Shown here piece after piece: positions 43,065 through 53,005 of a stretch of 64,000 bases of DNA. This DNA comes from an uncultured Verrucomicrobiae bacterium (GTDB lineage: Bacteria; Verrucomicrobiota; Verrucomicrobiia; Chthoniobacterales; JAFAMB01). Below the pieces are notes generated by a model that had not been told where the DNA came from, made no database searches, and was given only the letters and a program-made list of their open reading frames with translations. Both the position numbers and the translations under genes were made by a program. Location of the stretch: contig CAWEXO010000011.1 in assembly GCA_963813025.1 (NCBI GenBank), positions 864,001 to 928,000 on the forward strand, read 5' to 3'. Positions within the stretch are counted from its first letter, which is position 1, and each line of letters opens with the position of its first letter.

Positions 43065-44435
43065 ATGACGCTGACCGAGAAGATCTTAGCACGGGCAAGC
43101 GGAAAGAAGCAGGTTGAGCCAGGCGATAATGTCTGGGTCAATACCGACGTGCTTCTCACCCACGATGTTTGCGGCCCTGGCAGTATCGGGGTCTTCAAAC
43201 GCGAGTTCGGTGCCGACGCCAAGGTCTGGGATCCCACCAAGATAGTTATTATTCCCGACCACTACATCTTTACCGCCGACAAGCTTTCCAATCGGAATGT
43301 CGACATTTTGCGCGACTTCGCCCGGGAACAGGGTTTGCCGTACTTTTATGATGTAATTGATGATCCCTCGGGACACTGGCAATTCGATTCAGCCAGGGGG
43401 CAGGTCAAAAGGCAGTATGGCAGTCGTTATCAGGGGGTTTGCCATGCCGCGCTGCCACAACTCGGCCATGCGCGACCTGGCGAAGTGCTGTTTGGCACCG
43501 ACTCTCACACCTGTATGGCGGGAGCATTCGGCGAGTTCGCCTCAGGAATCGGTAACACCGATGCGGGATTCATTCTTGGTACTGGCAAACTCCTGGTGAA
43601 AGTGCCGGAGACGATGCGCTTTTATCTGGAGGGCGAGATGCCGCCTGGGGTGATGGCGAAAGATGTCATCCTTCACGTTATCGGCGATATCGGTTTCGAC
43701 GGAGCGACGTACCGGGCAATGCAATGGGCAGGTCCCGGCGTTCATTCCCTGACGATTGATGATCGCATGACGATCGCAAACATGGCGATCGAAGCAGGCG
43801 GCAAGAACGGTATTTTTCCGTCCGACGAAAAAACTTTCGAGTTCGTCGATGCACGAACAAAAGCGAATGGCACACAGTCTCACTATGACCCGATCGAGTT
43901 GGATGCCGATCAAAGCTTTATTTTCGATCGGGTGTACGACTTATCGAAATTGGAACCGACGGTCGCGATGCACCCCAATCCTGGTAATCGCGCTCTGGCC
44001 AAGGAACTGACCAAAGTCAGGCTTGATCGCGCGTACATCGGTTCGTGCACTGGGGGGAAAGCCAGTGACTTCGTGGCTTTCGCGTCCGTTGTGCGAGGTA
44101 AGCGGGTGGCGATCGAAACGTACGGTGTGCCAGCCACCTCCGAGGTGGTGAGCGAGCTGAAGAACACGCGTTGGGACAGTGGCTCCGTCTGGGATGTGTT
44201 GGTCGATGCGGGGGTGCTGATGACGGAGAACGCGTCGTGCGCTGCGTGTCTGGGAGGTCCGACGGACACCTTCGGCCGCCTGAACGCTCCGTTCACCTGC
44301 ATCAGTGCAACAAATCGGAACTTTCCGGGGCGAATGGGTAGCAAGGAATCCAAGGTTTTCCTGGCCAGTCCATACACCGTAGCAGCGTCAGCTTTGACCG
44401 GACACGTCACCGATCCTCGCGAATTTTTAAGCTGA
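43065..44435 (+). CDS. leuC: 3-isopropylmalate dehydratase large subunit (aconitase family)
   Basis: MTLTEKILA, THD, PDH, GVCH, DSHT, IGSCTGG, CAACLG, NRNFPGRMG. Confidence 0.9.
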   Translation: MTLTEKILARASGKKQVEPGDNVWVNTDVLLTHDVCGPGSIGVFKREFGADAKVWDPTKIVIIPDHYIFTADKLSNRNVDILRDFAREQGLPYFYDVIDDPSGHWQFDSARGQVKRQYGSRYQGVCHAALPQLGHARPGEVLFGTDSHTCMAGAFGEFASGIGNTDAGFILGTGKLLVKVPETMRFYLEGEMPPGVMAKDVILHVIGDIGFDGATYRAMQWAGPGVHSLTIDDRMTIANMAIEAGGKNGIFPSDEKTFEFVDARTKANGTQSHYDPIELDADQSFIFDRVYDLSKLEPTVAMHPNPGNRALAKELTKVRLDRAYIGSCTGGKASDFVAFASVVRGKRVAIETYGVPATSEVVSELKNTRWDSGSVWDVLVDAGVLMTENASCAACLGGPTDTFGRLNAPFTCISATNRNFPGRMGSKESKVFLASPYTVAASALTGHVTDPREFLS

Positions 44436-44443
44436 GTGTTTTT

Positions 44444-44618
44444 TGGCCCTGTGTCGGTAGGGCTAAAATTCATTCGAGCGCCCGGCGAGGCTTTTTATCG
44501 TGTCCGCCGTAGCTTTAGCGTGAAGGAGCCGTTTGGAGCGCGTGGGGCCGGCCCGGCGCCCGGCTCGAACGGGTCTTCGCCGAAGGCTTCCGCTTTCGCT
44601 AAAGCTTCGGCGGACACG
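44444..44618. repeat. Composite REP-like element between leuC and leuD
   Basis: Module A 44444-44489 (contains GTAGGGC); module B 44499-44520 cgtgtccgccgtagctttagcg, inverted at 44597-44618 with 1 mismatch. Confidence 0.85.
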
Positions 44619-44661
44619 CCAGATAAAGAGATTGTCTCGCAACTACTACAAAAAGAATCCC

Positions 44662-45204
44662 ATGCCTCAATTGTTAACCAGCCAAATCTTCGTCGTCGGT
44701 GATAACATCGATACCGATCAGATTATCCCTGCCCATTACCTGACCTTGGTGCCCACCATTCCCGAGGAGTACGAAAAACTTGGCTCCCACGCGATGGTCG
44801 GTCTGCCGGACGATTTGTACCCCGAAAAGTTTATTAAACCGGGTGAAATGAAAACGGATTTCCAGCTCGTTCTCGCCGGTCGCAATTTTGGTTGTGGTAG
44901 TTCTCGGGAGCATGCTCCAATCGCTCTGGGAGCGGCTGGAGTCAAAGCGGTCATCGCGGAATCCTACGCCCGCATCTTTTTCCGAAATAGCGTCGCGACC
45001 GGCGAATTGTATCCCTACGAATCGCGGGAGCGTTTGATCGGGCAGGTTAAGACCGGGAACTTAGGCACTCTGGATTTCGACACTGACACGCTCGAGGTGA
45101 ACGGCAAACGATTCACTTTAAAACCCATGGGCGACGTTCGCCCGGTGATTGAAGCGGGAGGACTCTTCAATTACGCGCGCCAGACCGGAATGATTCCGAG
45201 ATGA
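44662..45204 (+). CDS. leuD: 3-isopropylmalate dehydratase small subunit
   Basis: DNIDTDQIIPA, NFGCGSSREHA, AESYARIFFRN, AGGLFNY. Confidence 0.92.
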   Translation: MPQLLTSQIFVVGDNIDTDQIIPAHYLTLVPTIPEEYEKLGSHAMVGLPDDLYPEKFIKPGEMKTDFQLVLAGRNFGCGSSREHAPIALGAAGVKAVIAESYARIFFRNSVATGELYPYESRERLIGQVKTGNLGTLDFDTDTLEVNGKRFTLKPMGDVRPVIEAGGLFNYARQTGMIPR

Positions 45205-46136
45205 AGATCTCGGTGATTACCCCGTGTCTCAATCGTCGAGATCTTATTGCGGAGACTGTCGAGAGTGTTCTGGCGCAGAACTACCCGGACTTTGAGCACT
45301 GGATCATTGACGGCGGTTCAACCGACGAGACGTTGGCTCTTCTCCGCGACTATGCCCACCTGAAGGTCGTCTCCGAGCCTGATCGAGGGGTTTACGATGC
45401 CTTGAACAAGGGACTACACCTGGCATCCGGAGACATCATCGCCCTTCTCAATAGCGATGATTTGTTCCCTTTAGGGGCCTTCAACCTGTGCACCGAGCTT
45501 TTTCAGAATTCGGTCGACACCATGATTGTCTCGGGAGGTTGTCAGATTTTTCGGCGCGATCAGGACGGACGGGAGACTGAACTTCATCGGTACGAGAATC
45601 CCCGCCGCTATCATCTTTCCGTGCGCAACGTGGCCGTTGGCCTGCCCATCATCAATGCTCGTTTCTTTCGCCGAAAAGTTTTTGAGCGGATCGGAGATTT
45701 CGACCTGAACTACGCCATTGCCGCCGATCGAGACTTTCTGATGCGAGCCGCGCTGCAAGGGATTCCCGATGCACCGGTCCCGCGTATTCTCTACCGGTAT
45801 CGCTGGCATGCTGGCTCGCTGACGATGAATGCAGGGACGGACACCCTGCTCCAAGGCATGAGAGAAGGACTCGCGATCATTGAGCGACTGCGAGCCGATC
45901 AGACATTAGCTCGGGAACAGCACGCGGTGTTAGCCCGCTGGCGGCGCGAGTGCCTGGCAAATATCGTGATGATTCACGCGGTCAACCGGCGTCCGCAAAA
46001 AGCGCTTTCTTCCACGGTAACCGGCACGCGGACTGACCCACTGTTCCCGAGCACCTTGTGTCGCCTGGGGTCCTTCGCCATCGGACGACGGATTCGGAAC
46101 TGGTGCCGGCGGCGGGTCTCTAACCATGGACCGTAG
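45201..46136 (+). CDS. Glycosyltransferase family 2
   Basis: ISVITPCLN, IIDGGSTD, SEPDRGVYDALNKG, LNSDD. Confidence 0.92.
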   Translation: MKISVITPCLNRRDLIAETVESVLAQNYPDFEHWIIDGGSTDETLALLRDYAHLKVVSEPDRGVYDALNKGLHLASGDIIALLNSDDLFPLGAFNLCTELFQNSVDTMIVSGGCQIFRRDQDGRETELHRYENPRRYHLSVRNVAVGLPIINARFFRRKVFERIGDFDLNYAIAADRDFLMRAALQGIPDAPVPRILYRYRWHAGSLTMNAGTDTLLQGMREGLAIIERLRADQTLAREQHAVLARWRRECLANIVMIHAVNRRPQKALSSTVTGTRTDPLFPSTLCRLGSFAIGRRIRNWCRRRVSNHGP

Positions 46137-47241
46137 GATTCGAGTCCTTCACGTGATCGACAGCTTGGAACTGGGCGGTGCTCAAACCGTGCTGCTGAAC
46201 TTGTTCGCCTTGGCCCACCCCCGGTTCGAGCTCTCGCTCGCCGCTCTGCACGCGAACAACCAGAGTCTGTTTCTCGGGCGCGCCCGGCGGCAGGGATTGT
46301 CTGTCTGCTTGCTCTCTCCCTACCGGTGGTTACCGTGGTTCCTCATCTCCCTGCCGTGGCTTATTTGGCGGAAGCAATTCGATGTTGTCCATTGTCATCT
46401 CTACGCCTCAAACTGGCTGGGGAAACCTTTGGCGCGTACGCTCGGCGTTCCCGTGATCGTTTCGCACGACCATTGCTACGAGGAGTTTCGCTTCAAAAAC
46501 CCCTTCTTTCGGTGGATCGACGCAGGCGCTAATGCATGTGCGGACGTAGTCCTGACTATATCCGAACAAATCGCCCAACGCCTGATTGAGAAGGAGAAAA
46601 TACCCGCTGCCAAAGTGGAGGTAATCCGCAACGGGGTGCCGGTGCCGGCCGGCGACTTGGCTTCCGTGCCGGAACCAGCGGCGCGCGATTTCCGCGTGAT
46701 TGGCGGTGCCGGCCGCCTGGTAGCCTGGAAAGGGTTTTCGCGATTGCTTCAGATGATGCGTCATCTGCTGGATTTGGATGCGCGTTACCGGCTGATCCTC
46801 GCAGGAGATGGTCCGGAGCTGGATAATCTGCAAGCACAGGCACGCAGCCTGAAAATCGAGGATCAGATAGCGTGGCCGGGGGCAGTGGCTTCGTTGGCTC
46901 CTTTCTTTGTGCAGATCGACTTTTTTGTCCTGACTTCCGACCGGGAAGATCTGCCGATGGTGCTTCTTGAAGCACTAGCGGCCGGCAAGCCAACTGCCGT
47001 TCTGGGGCACAATCGAGAACGGCGCAGCGTGCGGGACGCGGCTCTGGTGCTGGATCCGAGCGGACAAGAGAAGGTCTGGGCCGGCGAGATTCATCGTCTC
47101 TTCTCGGAGCCAGTGCGAATGCGGCAGTTGCGGGAGGCTGGTCCCCGCTTTGTTTCGGAAAAATTCTCGGCGGAGAAGCAGGTGAGACGCATCGAGGAAA
47201 TCTATGATTCTTTGCTGGAAAAGAAGAGCAAGAGACGTTGA
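46126..47241 (+). CDS. Glycosyltransferase family 4
   Basis: LHVIDSLELGGAQ, VIRNGV, AGRLVAWKG, EDLPMVLLEA. Confidence 0.9.
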   Translation: MDRRIRVLHVIDSLELGGAQTVLLNLFALAHPRFELSLAALHANNQSLFLGRARRQGLSVCLLSPYRWLPWFLISLPWLIWRKQFDVVHCHLYASNWLGKPLARTLGVPVIVSHDHCYEEFRFKNPFFRWIDAGANACADVVLTISEQIAQRLIEKEKIPAAKVEVIRNGVPVPAGDLASVPEPAARDFRVIGGAGRLVAWKGFSRLLQMMRHLLDLDARYRLILAGDGPELDNLQAQARSLKIEDQIAWPGAVASLAPFFVQIDFFVLTSDREDLPMVLLEALAAGKPTAVLGHNRERRSVRDAALVLDPSGQEKVWAGEIHRLFSEPVRMRQLREAGPRFVSEKFSAEKQVRRIEEIYDSLLEKKSKRR

Positions 47242-47243
47242 TT

Positions 47244-47361
47244 AAGCGGAGGGAGCGGGTTCAGCGGAGGGATGTAGCTGAAAACTGCCCAATGAGCTCA
47301 GCACAGGGGGCGATTATACCTTGGTGGCTACCTTCCTCCGCTGAACCCGCTCCGTCCGCTT
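47244..47361. repeat. Second copy of the 30543 palindromic element
   Basis: agcggagggagcgggttcagcggagg ... cctccgctgaacccgctccgtccgct; spacer differs from the first copy; between convergent genes. Confidence 0.88.
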
Positions 47362-47366
47362 TCCGC

Positions 47367-48431
47367 CTATTCTCCGCGCCACTCAACGGTGCGGTCGAGC
47401 TCGTCGATCGACGAGCAACCAAGTAAGGCCATCGCGCACCGGAACTCCTGATCGAGGATCTGGATCGCCCGGGAAACCCCTGGTGCCCCGGCCACGGCGA
47501 GCGCGTAGATATAAGGACGCCCCAGCAGCACCGCGTCGGCCCCGCGAGCCAGCGCCTTCACGACGTCCGTCCCGCGCCGAATTCCGCCGTCAACCAGAAC
47601 CGGAGCCTGTTTAGCGACTCGTTCGGCAATGGCCGGCAGAACTTCAACCGTTGCGGGAACAGTGTCGAGATTTCGCGCTCCGTGGTTGGAGACGATGATT
47701 CCATCAGCCCCCGCCTTAAGGCCGTACTCGGCGTCGTCGGGATGAAGCACCCCTTTTAATAAGAGAGGCATCCGGGTGAGGGAACGCAGCCACTCGATGT
47801 CTTTCCACACAATCGCGCTGTGTCGCCCCGGATCGGAAGTTGAGCGAAGGCCTGCGCGGACGTCGACCTGATACGGCACTTCGATTTCCGGCGGGACGGC
47901 GAACCCTGCGCGCAACTGGCGAACTCTAACTCCCAACACTGGCGTATCGACTGTCACGCAAAGCGCTCGGAAGCCGACCTTCTCCACTTGCTCAACCAAG
48001 TCCTTCGTAAACGAGCGATCGCGCTGTACATAGAGCTGGAACCAAAGGGGTGCCGTCGTTATTGGCACGAGGTTCTCGACGCGAACTGTTGTGTTCGTGC
48101 TGATCACGGCAGGAATTCCCTGTTCGCCGGCGGCGCGAACGGTGGCGCTCTCACCATCCGGGTGTACCAGACGCTGATAGGCGGCCGGTGCGAGTACAAT
48201 GGGAGTCGGGAGTTGGTATCCAAAGAGCGAAACGGCGGTGTTTATCACCGAGACGTCCCGCAGCACGCGCGACATCAGCAGGATTTGGTCGAACGCGGTT
48301 TCGTTGCGCCTCAAAGTAATCTCGTCGCCGGCGCCGCCGGCCACGTATTCATAAACCGCATGTGCCATGCGCCGGCGAGCTTCCGGTTCGAAGTCGGTCA
48401 GGGTAAGGAAGCTATCGAGCTCGCTCTTCAC
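47367..48431 (-). CDS. FMN-dependent alpha-hydroxy acid oxidase/dehydrogenase
   Basis: WFQLY, TVD.P, LKG, VSNHGARNLD, DGGIRRGTD, LGRP. Confidence 0.93.
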   Translation of the reverse strand: MKSELDSFLTLTDFEPEARRRMAHAVYEYVAGGAGDEITLRRNETAFDQILLMSRVLRDVSVINTAVSLFGYQLPTPIVLAPAAYQRLVHPDGESATVRAAGEQGIPAVISTNTTVRVENLVPITTAPLWFQLYVQRDRSFTKDLVEQVEKVGFRALCVTVDTPVLGVRVRQLRAGFAVPPEIEVPYQVDVRAGLRSTSDPGRHSAIVWKDIEWLRSLTRMPLLLKGVLHPDDAEYGLKAGADGIIVSNHGARNLDTVPATVEVLPAIAERVAKQAPVLVDGGIRRGTDVVKALARGADAVLLGRPYIYALAVAGAPGVSRAIQILDQEFRCAMALLGCSSIDELDRTVEWRGE

Positions 48432-48442
48432 GGGAAGGGGGT

Positions 48443-48515
48443 GTCAGTGTCAGTCGTCATCGTCAGTCGTCATCGGTCATTGGCTTCTCGGTCATTGGCC
48501 ATCAGCCATCGCCAT
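48443..48515. repeat. Degenerate ~7-bp tandem array (gtcatcg/gtcattg/gccatc)
   Basis: gtcagtgtcagtcgtcatcgtcagtcgtcatcggtcattgg...ggtcattggccatcagccatcgccat. Confidence 0.7.
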
Positions 48516-48525
48516 TTCTAGCGCA

Positions 48526-49755
48526 TTAAGCCGTTGCTTGACGACGACCTGGTGCCGCCCGAAAAGAGACGCCGCGCGCCTCCGGTCCAAGTGCCGTGAT
48601 CACGACCAGAGACAGCGCGACAGCGCCAGCCACGATCGCCAGGGCGTTGCTGTAGTTATGGAACTTTGCGACAAGTTGCGCCTGGAAAAATAAATTACCC
48701 GACGCGAAAAGATTCCCTAGCTGGTATGTGAAACCGGGAAAGGTTCCGCGTACTTCGCCGGGGGAGAGCTCGTTCAAGTGCACCGGGACTACTCCCCAGG
48801 CGCCTTGCACGAGGAACTGCATCACAAAAGCTCCAACGGCCAGCACAACCGCCGTCTGCGAGAAGGCCCACAGAGGAATCGCAAGCAACGAAACCAGCGC
48901 GGCGATGATGATTGCGCGGCGCCGGCCGATCCGTTCAGAGATCGACCCAAAAGTCAGGCCGCCAAGAATTGCGCCGATATTGTAAGTGATTGCAATCAGC
49001 GCCACCGTACCGGGGTTGAATTTGTGCTGCAGGAAAGTCGGATAAAGGTCCTGGGTGCCGTGACTGAAAAAATTGAAGGCGGTCATCAGCACGATCATAT
49101 AGAGAAACAAGTTCCATTGACTACTGATCGCACGCCACATACCCGGGCCGGTTGCCGGCCGCTCGAGCCAGGCTGGCGATTCGTCTACCTGAGAACGAAT
49201 ATAGAGCACGAGCAGGGCGGGAAGGGCTCCCACCATAAACATGCCACGCCAGCCAATATGTTGATAAGCTAACGCGTAGAGGATTGAGGCGAGCAAATAA
49301 CCTGACGGATAGCCGGCCTGGAGCAGGCCAGATACAACCCCGCGGGTGCGCTCCGGAATCGTTTCCATCGCCAGAGCCGCTCCCACACCCCATTCACCGC
49401 CCATCGCTATACCGTAGAGACCGCGCAGAATAATCAGAACCGTGAGGGAAGGGGCAAACCCGCAAGCAAACTCGAGCGCCGAGTAAAACAGGATGTTTGC
49501 CATGAGCGTTGGACGCCGCCCTACCCGGTCGGCCACCAACCCAAAAAGCAAGGCGCCAAGCGGACGCATGGCGAGGGTCAGATTAACCGTAAAAGAAACT
49601 GCGCTTAAATCGCTTTTGAACTCCTGGACGATATCTTTCAAAACGAAAATCAGGATGAAAAAGTCAAACGCATCCAGGGTCCAACCAAGGTAACAGGAAA
49701 GAACCGCGCTTTTCTGACGAGGAGTAAGAGAGGCAAGCTGGGCAAAGATACTCAT
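48526..49755 (-). CDS. MFS transporter (sialate/lactate:H+ symporter-like)
   Basis: GWTLDAFDFF, RPLGA..FG..ADRVGRR, GIAMGGEWG, SHGTQDLYPTFL. Confidence 0.92.
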   Translation of the reverse strand: MSIFAQLASLTPRQKSAVLSCYLGWTLDAFDFFILIFVLKDIVQEFKSDLSAVSFTVNLTLAMRPLGALLFGLVADRVGRRPTLMANILFYSALEFACGFAPSLTVLIILRGLYGIAMGGEWGVGAALAMETIPERTRGVVSGLLQAGYPSGYLLASILYALAYQHIGWRGMFMVGALPALLVLYIRSQVDESPAWLERPATGPGMWRAISSQWNLFLYMIVLMTAFNFFSHGTQDLYPTFLQHKFNPGTVALIAITYNIGAILGGLTFGSISERIGRRRAIIIAALVSLLAIPLWAFSQTAVVLAVGAFVMQFLVQGAWGVVPVHLNELSPGEVRGTFPGFTYQLGNLFASGNLFFQAQLVAKFHNYSNALAIVAGAVALSLVVITALGPEARGVSFRAAPGRRQATA

Positions 49756-49916
49756 GGCTGGAAGGAAGCTGGGGTTGCGATTTATCTGGGCAGGGAACGG
49801 TCCATCGATTGGAAGAGGGCTGCTTCAGCAAAAGAAACTAACGTAACAAGGACGCAATTCACAACTGGAGAAGCTTGGTGCACGCGAGAATCTCACGTGC
49901 TAGCAATGCAAGCTCT

Positions 49917-50876
49917 TCAGGCTGAACCGATGAGGATGCCGGCGAGAAAAACCAGGAATCCACCCAAAACCACCTGGAAGATGGCCGAGAGTAGCGGTGT
50001 GTCCATGTAATGATGCCGAATCCACGAGATCACGCCCAGTTCGAGAACAACCACCACAACGGCCACCGCGGTTGCCATGCCGAAGTTCGGGATCAGAAAG
50101 GGAATCGTGTGGCCCAGGCCACCCACCGTGGTCATAAGCCCGCAAACCGTTCCCCGGAGGAGTGGATGCCCTCGGCCGCTGAGCGCGCCGTCGTCCGAAA
50201 GCGCTTCGGCGAATCCCATACTGATACCAGCTCCCACTGACGCCGCGATACCAACCACAAAGGCCGTCCACGGACTGCGTGTCGCAAAGGCCGCGGCAAA
50301 GACCGGGGCCAAAGTGGACACCGACCCATCCATCAAGCCGGCCAAACCAGGCTGCACGACCTGAAGGACAAACAGCTTCCGTGCTGCTTCTTCTTCCTTT
50401 TTAAATTCACCGGATTTATCCCGTTCTTTTGACATCCGATCAGCCAGGTCTTCGTGGGATAGTTCGGCCTCGGCCAAATCACCTAACAGTTTCCGCATGT
50501 CTGCCGAGGAAGTCTTCTCGAGAGCGTGCTGATAGAAACGTCTGGTCTCGGACTCCATCGTTTGGACCTCCGAGCGGACCTGCGGCAAGGTCAGCACTTT
50601 GTTCAACCAGATCGGACGACGATGCACAAAGCCCTTGACATCCTGGCGCCGGATCAGGGGTATCTGTTCCCCAAAGCGTGTCTGGAACATCTCGATCAGG
50701 CGCCGGCGATGATCCGACTCCTCTTCTCTCATCGTTTCCAGGACCGACGCGGTTGCCGGGAACTCGCCTTTCATGCGTTCGGCGAAGCTGCCATAAATGC
50801 GGCCATCCTCCTCTTCAAGCGAAATAGCCAGAGCCAGGACCTCTTGCTCACTCAATTGGTGGAATGATTTGACCAT
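49917..50876 (-). CDS. mbfA: Membrane-bound ferritin-like iron exporter (rubrerythrin + VIT1/CCC1 domains)
   Basis: [48 protein letters not shown]. Confidence 0.92.
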   Translation of the reverse strand: MVKSFHQLSEQEVLALAISLEEEDGRIYGSFAERMKGEFPATASVLETMREEESDHRRRLIEMFQTRFGEQIPLIRRQDVKGFVHRRPIWLNKVLTLPQVRSEVQTMESETRRFYQHALEKTSSADMRKLLGDLAEAELSHEDLADRMSKERDKSGEFKKEEEAARKLFVLQVVQPGLAGLMDGSVSTLAPVFAAAFATRSPWTAFVVGIAASVGAGISMGFAEALSDDGALSGRGHPLLRGTVCGLMTTVGGLGHTIPFLIPNFGMATAVAVVVVVLELGVISWIRHHYMDTPLLSAIFQVVLGGFLVFLAGILIGSA

Positions 50877-50950
50877 GGGGTATTCGGTGTGCGTTGTTCG
50901 CGCGGAAGCCGATCATAGGCGTGGCCGGAAATGATGTCGAGGCAGGTTCG

Positions 50951-51946
50951 TTACTCCTGCTCGCATGCTCCGACGCCCACCTTTTTCGACTCGGCAATCC
51001 GGAGTGGGGCTGCCGCTGGGCCAGGCCGAATAATGAGCGCGACAGCACTGACAATTAAAACCGCGCTAATAAGAATCCGCGGTGTCAGTGGTTCTCGAAG
51101 GAAAAGCCAGCCAAGCAAGACAGCGACCAGTGGATTGACGAACGCATACGTGCCCACAAGACCCGGAGAGCAGACGCGCACCAGCCAGATGTACGCCGAG
51201 AACCCGATAATTGCGCCGAAAGTAACCAGGTAAACCCAGGCCCAGACCGAGCGAACAGCAAGACGAAGATCTTGCGGACGGTTGAGTTCACCGCTGAGCG
51301 CGCCGGCCAGCAGAAGCGCGGCGGCGCCGGTCAACATTTGCATGGCTACGCCTTGAATCGCGGAACCAGGATGGGTGCAACGCTTGGCGTAGAGCGAGCC
51401 CGCCGCCCAAAGAACCGCAGCCAGGAAGAGTGCGATAATCCCGCGGCTCCAGCCGCTATGGAAAGCTCCTGAAGGACCGCTGCTCAGCCCTTCAAGCGAG
51501 AGCACCAGCACCCCGATCAGACCCAGCAATAGGGCCACGATCGCTCTCGCGCTGGGCCGGCTCGCCATACCACTTAACCAGGCAAAAAGGATCAGAAACA
51601 TGGGCACCGTCGCGACCAGCAACGCAGCGGTCCCGGATGGGACATATTGTTCAGCATACGTGACTCCGCCGTTGCCGGCGAACAAAAGACAGACCCCCAC
51701 GATGGCGGCATCGCGCCATTGACGCAGAGTCGGCGCAGGATAGCCGCGCACACTTGCCCAAATCCACAGAGCAGCGCCCGCGGCAAAAAAACGGAGACCT
51801 GCCATTAAGAACGGCGGACACGACTCGATGGCGACCCGGATCGCGAGATAAGTAGATCCCCAAATGAGGTAGACGGAGAGCAGCGCGAGTCCGATCTGGT
51901 ATCGAGTCGGGGCGCCAATCGATCCAGACGTCTTCAGTTCCTTCAT
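50951..51946 (-). CDS. EamA/DMT family transporter (YedA-like)
   Basis: VYLIWGSTYLAIR, PSG.AALLVATVP, TYAFVNP. Confidence 0.9.
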   Translation of the reverse strand: MKELKTSGSIGAPTRYQIGLALLSVYLIWGSTYLAIRVAIESCPPFLMAGLRFFAAGAALWIWASVRGYPAPTLRQWRDAAIVGVCLLFAGNGGVTYAEQYVPSGTAALLVATVPMFLILFAWLSGMASRPSARAIVALLLGLIGVLVLSLEGLSSGPSGAFHSGWSRGIIALFLAAVLWAAGSLYAKRCTHPGSAIQGVAMQMLTGAAALLLAGALSGELNRPQDLRLAVRSVWAWVYLVTFGAIIGFSAYIWLVRVCSPGLVGTYAFVNPLVAVLLGWLFLREPLTPRILISAVLIVSAVALIIRPGPAAAPLRIAESKKVGVGACEQE

Positions 51947-52070
51947 CCGAGAAGAAAGACGAGATAAAGCTCCCTGTCGTGCCATTTTCGGCCGTGGAAT
52001 AAAGCTTCCAGCTTGTCAGGATAGGCGCCTTGACGAAAGTCACCCAGCTGGCTTCTTCTTCAGAGAATCG

Positions 52071-52967
52071 ATGAACTCCCACCACACCAATAATCCCACG
52101 ACCGCCGGCAACATCCGTGATTACCGATTGGCTGCAGTCGATCTGGATGACACACTGCTTGGTCCGGATAAGACGATCAGTCCGGAAAACCGTCAAGCAG
52201 TGCGGCGCCTTCAGGAAGCAGGGCTCCTCGTCATCATAGCTTCAGGGAGGCGGCATCAGAACAGTATTCGTTTTCAGCGCGAACTCGATCTGCACGGTCC
52301 GATCATTGCCTGCCAAGGAGGTTTGTTGCGTGATGGCGATAGCGGGAACGTGATTGAAGCGCACTTTCTTCCCCAAGCCGTCGCTCAAAGCATCCTGGCG
52401 GAAACTAGGCATTCTGAGGTGCACGTTATCTATTACCATCTCGATCATCTTTACGTCGCGGAGCGGCACAATCCCTGGATCGATCTTTATGAACAGCGAG
52501 TTGGGGAAAAGACAGAAGTTCTGCCCGATCTGGAAAAGCTCGGTGGGAGACGGGCCTTAAAAATCGTCTGGTATGGAGATCCCGCCGAACTGCAGAACCA
52601 GCGGAAAGCAATGGAGATCAAGTACCACGGAAAATCCGACGTCTTTTCGACCGAACGAGAAAACCTCGAGTTCATGCCGCGCGGAGTGAATAAAGCGACG
52701 GCGCTGGCAAAGGTGGCAGAGGAATTGGGAATCGCGCCGAGCCAGACGATGGCGTTCGGGGACAACGAAAACGATATTCAGATGCTGCGCTGGGCCGGGT
52801 GCGGATTGGCGATGGCGCATGGAAAGCCGGAGGCGAAAGCGGCGGCCAGCCTCGTCAGCCCCGACGGCCCTCGCGAGACGGCGTTTGCCCGGGCGGTCGC
52901 CCTCTTTTTTTGGCAAGGCCGCGCGCAGACTGGTTCCATCGAGTCCCGGCTCCCGAGTAGCGGGTAA
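52071..52967 (+). CDS. Cof-type HAD-IIB hydrolase
   Basis: AVDLDDTLL, ASGR, GVNKA, AFGDNENDIQML. Confidence 0.92.
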   Translation: MNSHHTNNPTTAGNIRDYRLAAVDLDDTLLGPDKTISPENRQAVRRLQEAGLLVIIASGRRHQNSIRFQRELDLHGPIIACQGGLLRDGDSGNVIEAHFLPQAVAQSILAETRHSEVHVIYYHLDHLYVAERHNPWIDLYEQRVGEKTEVLPDLEKLGGRRALKIVWYGDPAELQNQRKAMEIKYHGKSDVFSTERENLEFMPRGVNKATALAKVAEELGIAPSQTMAFGDNENDIQMLRWAGCGLAMAHGKPEAKAAASLVSPDGPRETAFARAVALFFWQGRAQTGSIESRLPSSG

Positions 52968-53005
52968 CGAGTCCCGGGTAGGCCGCGGGACTCGCCACTC
53001 GGGAC

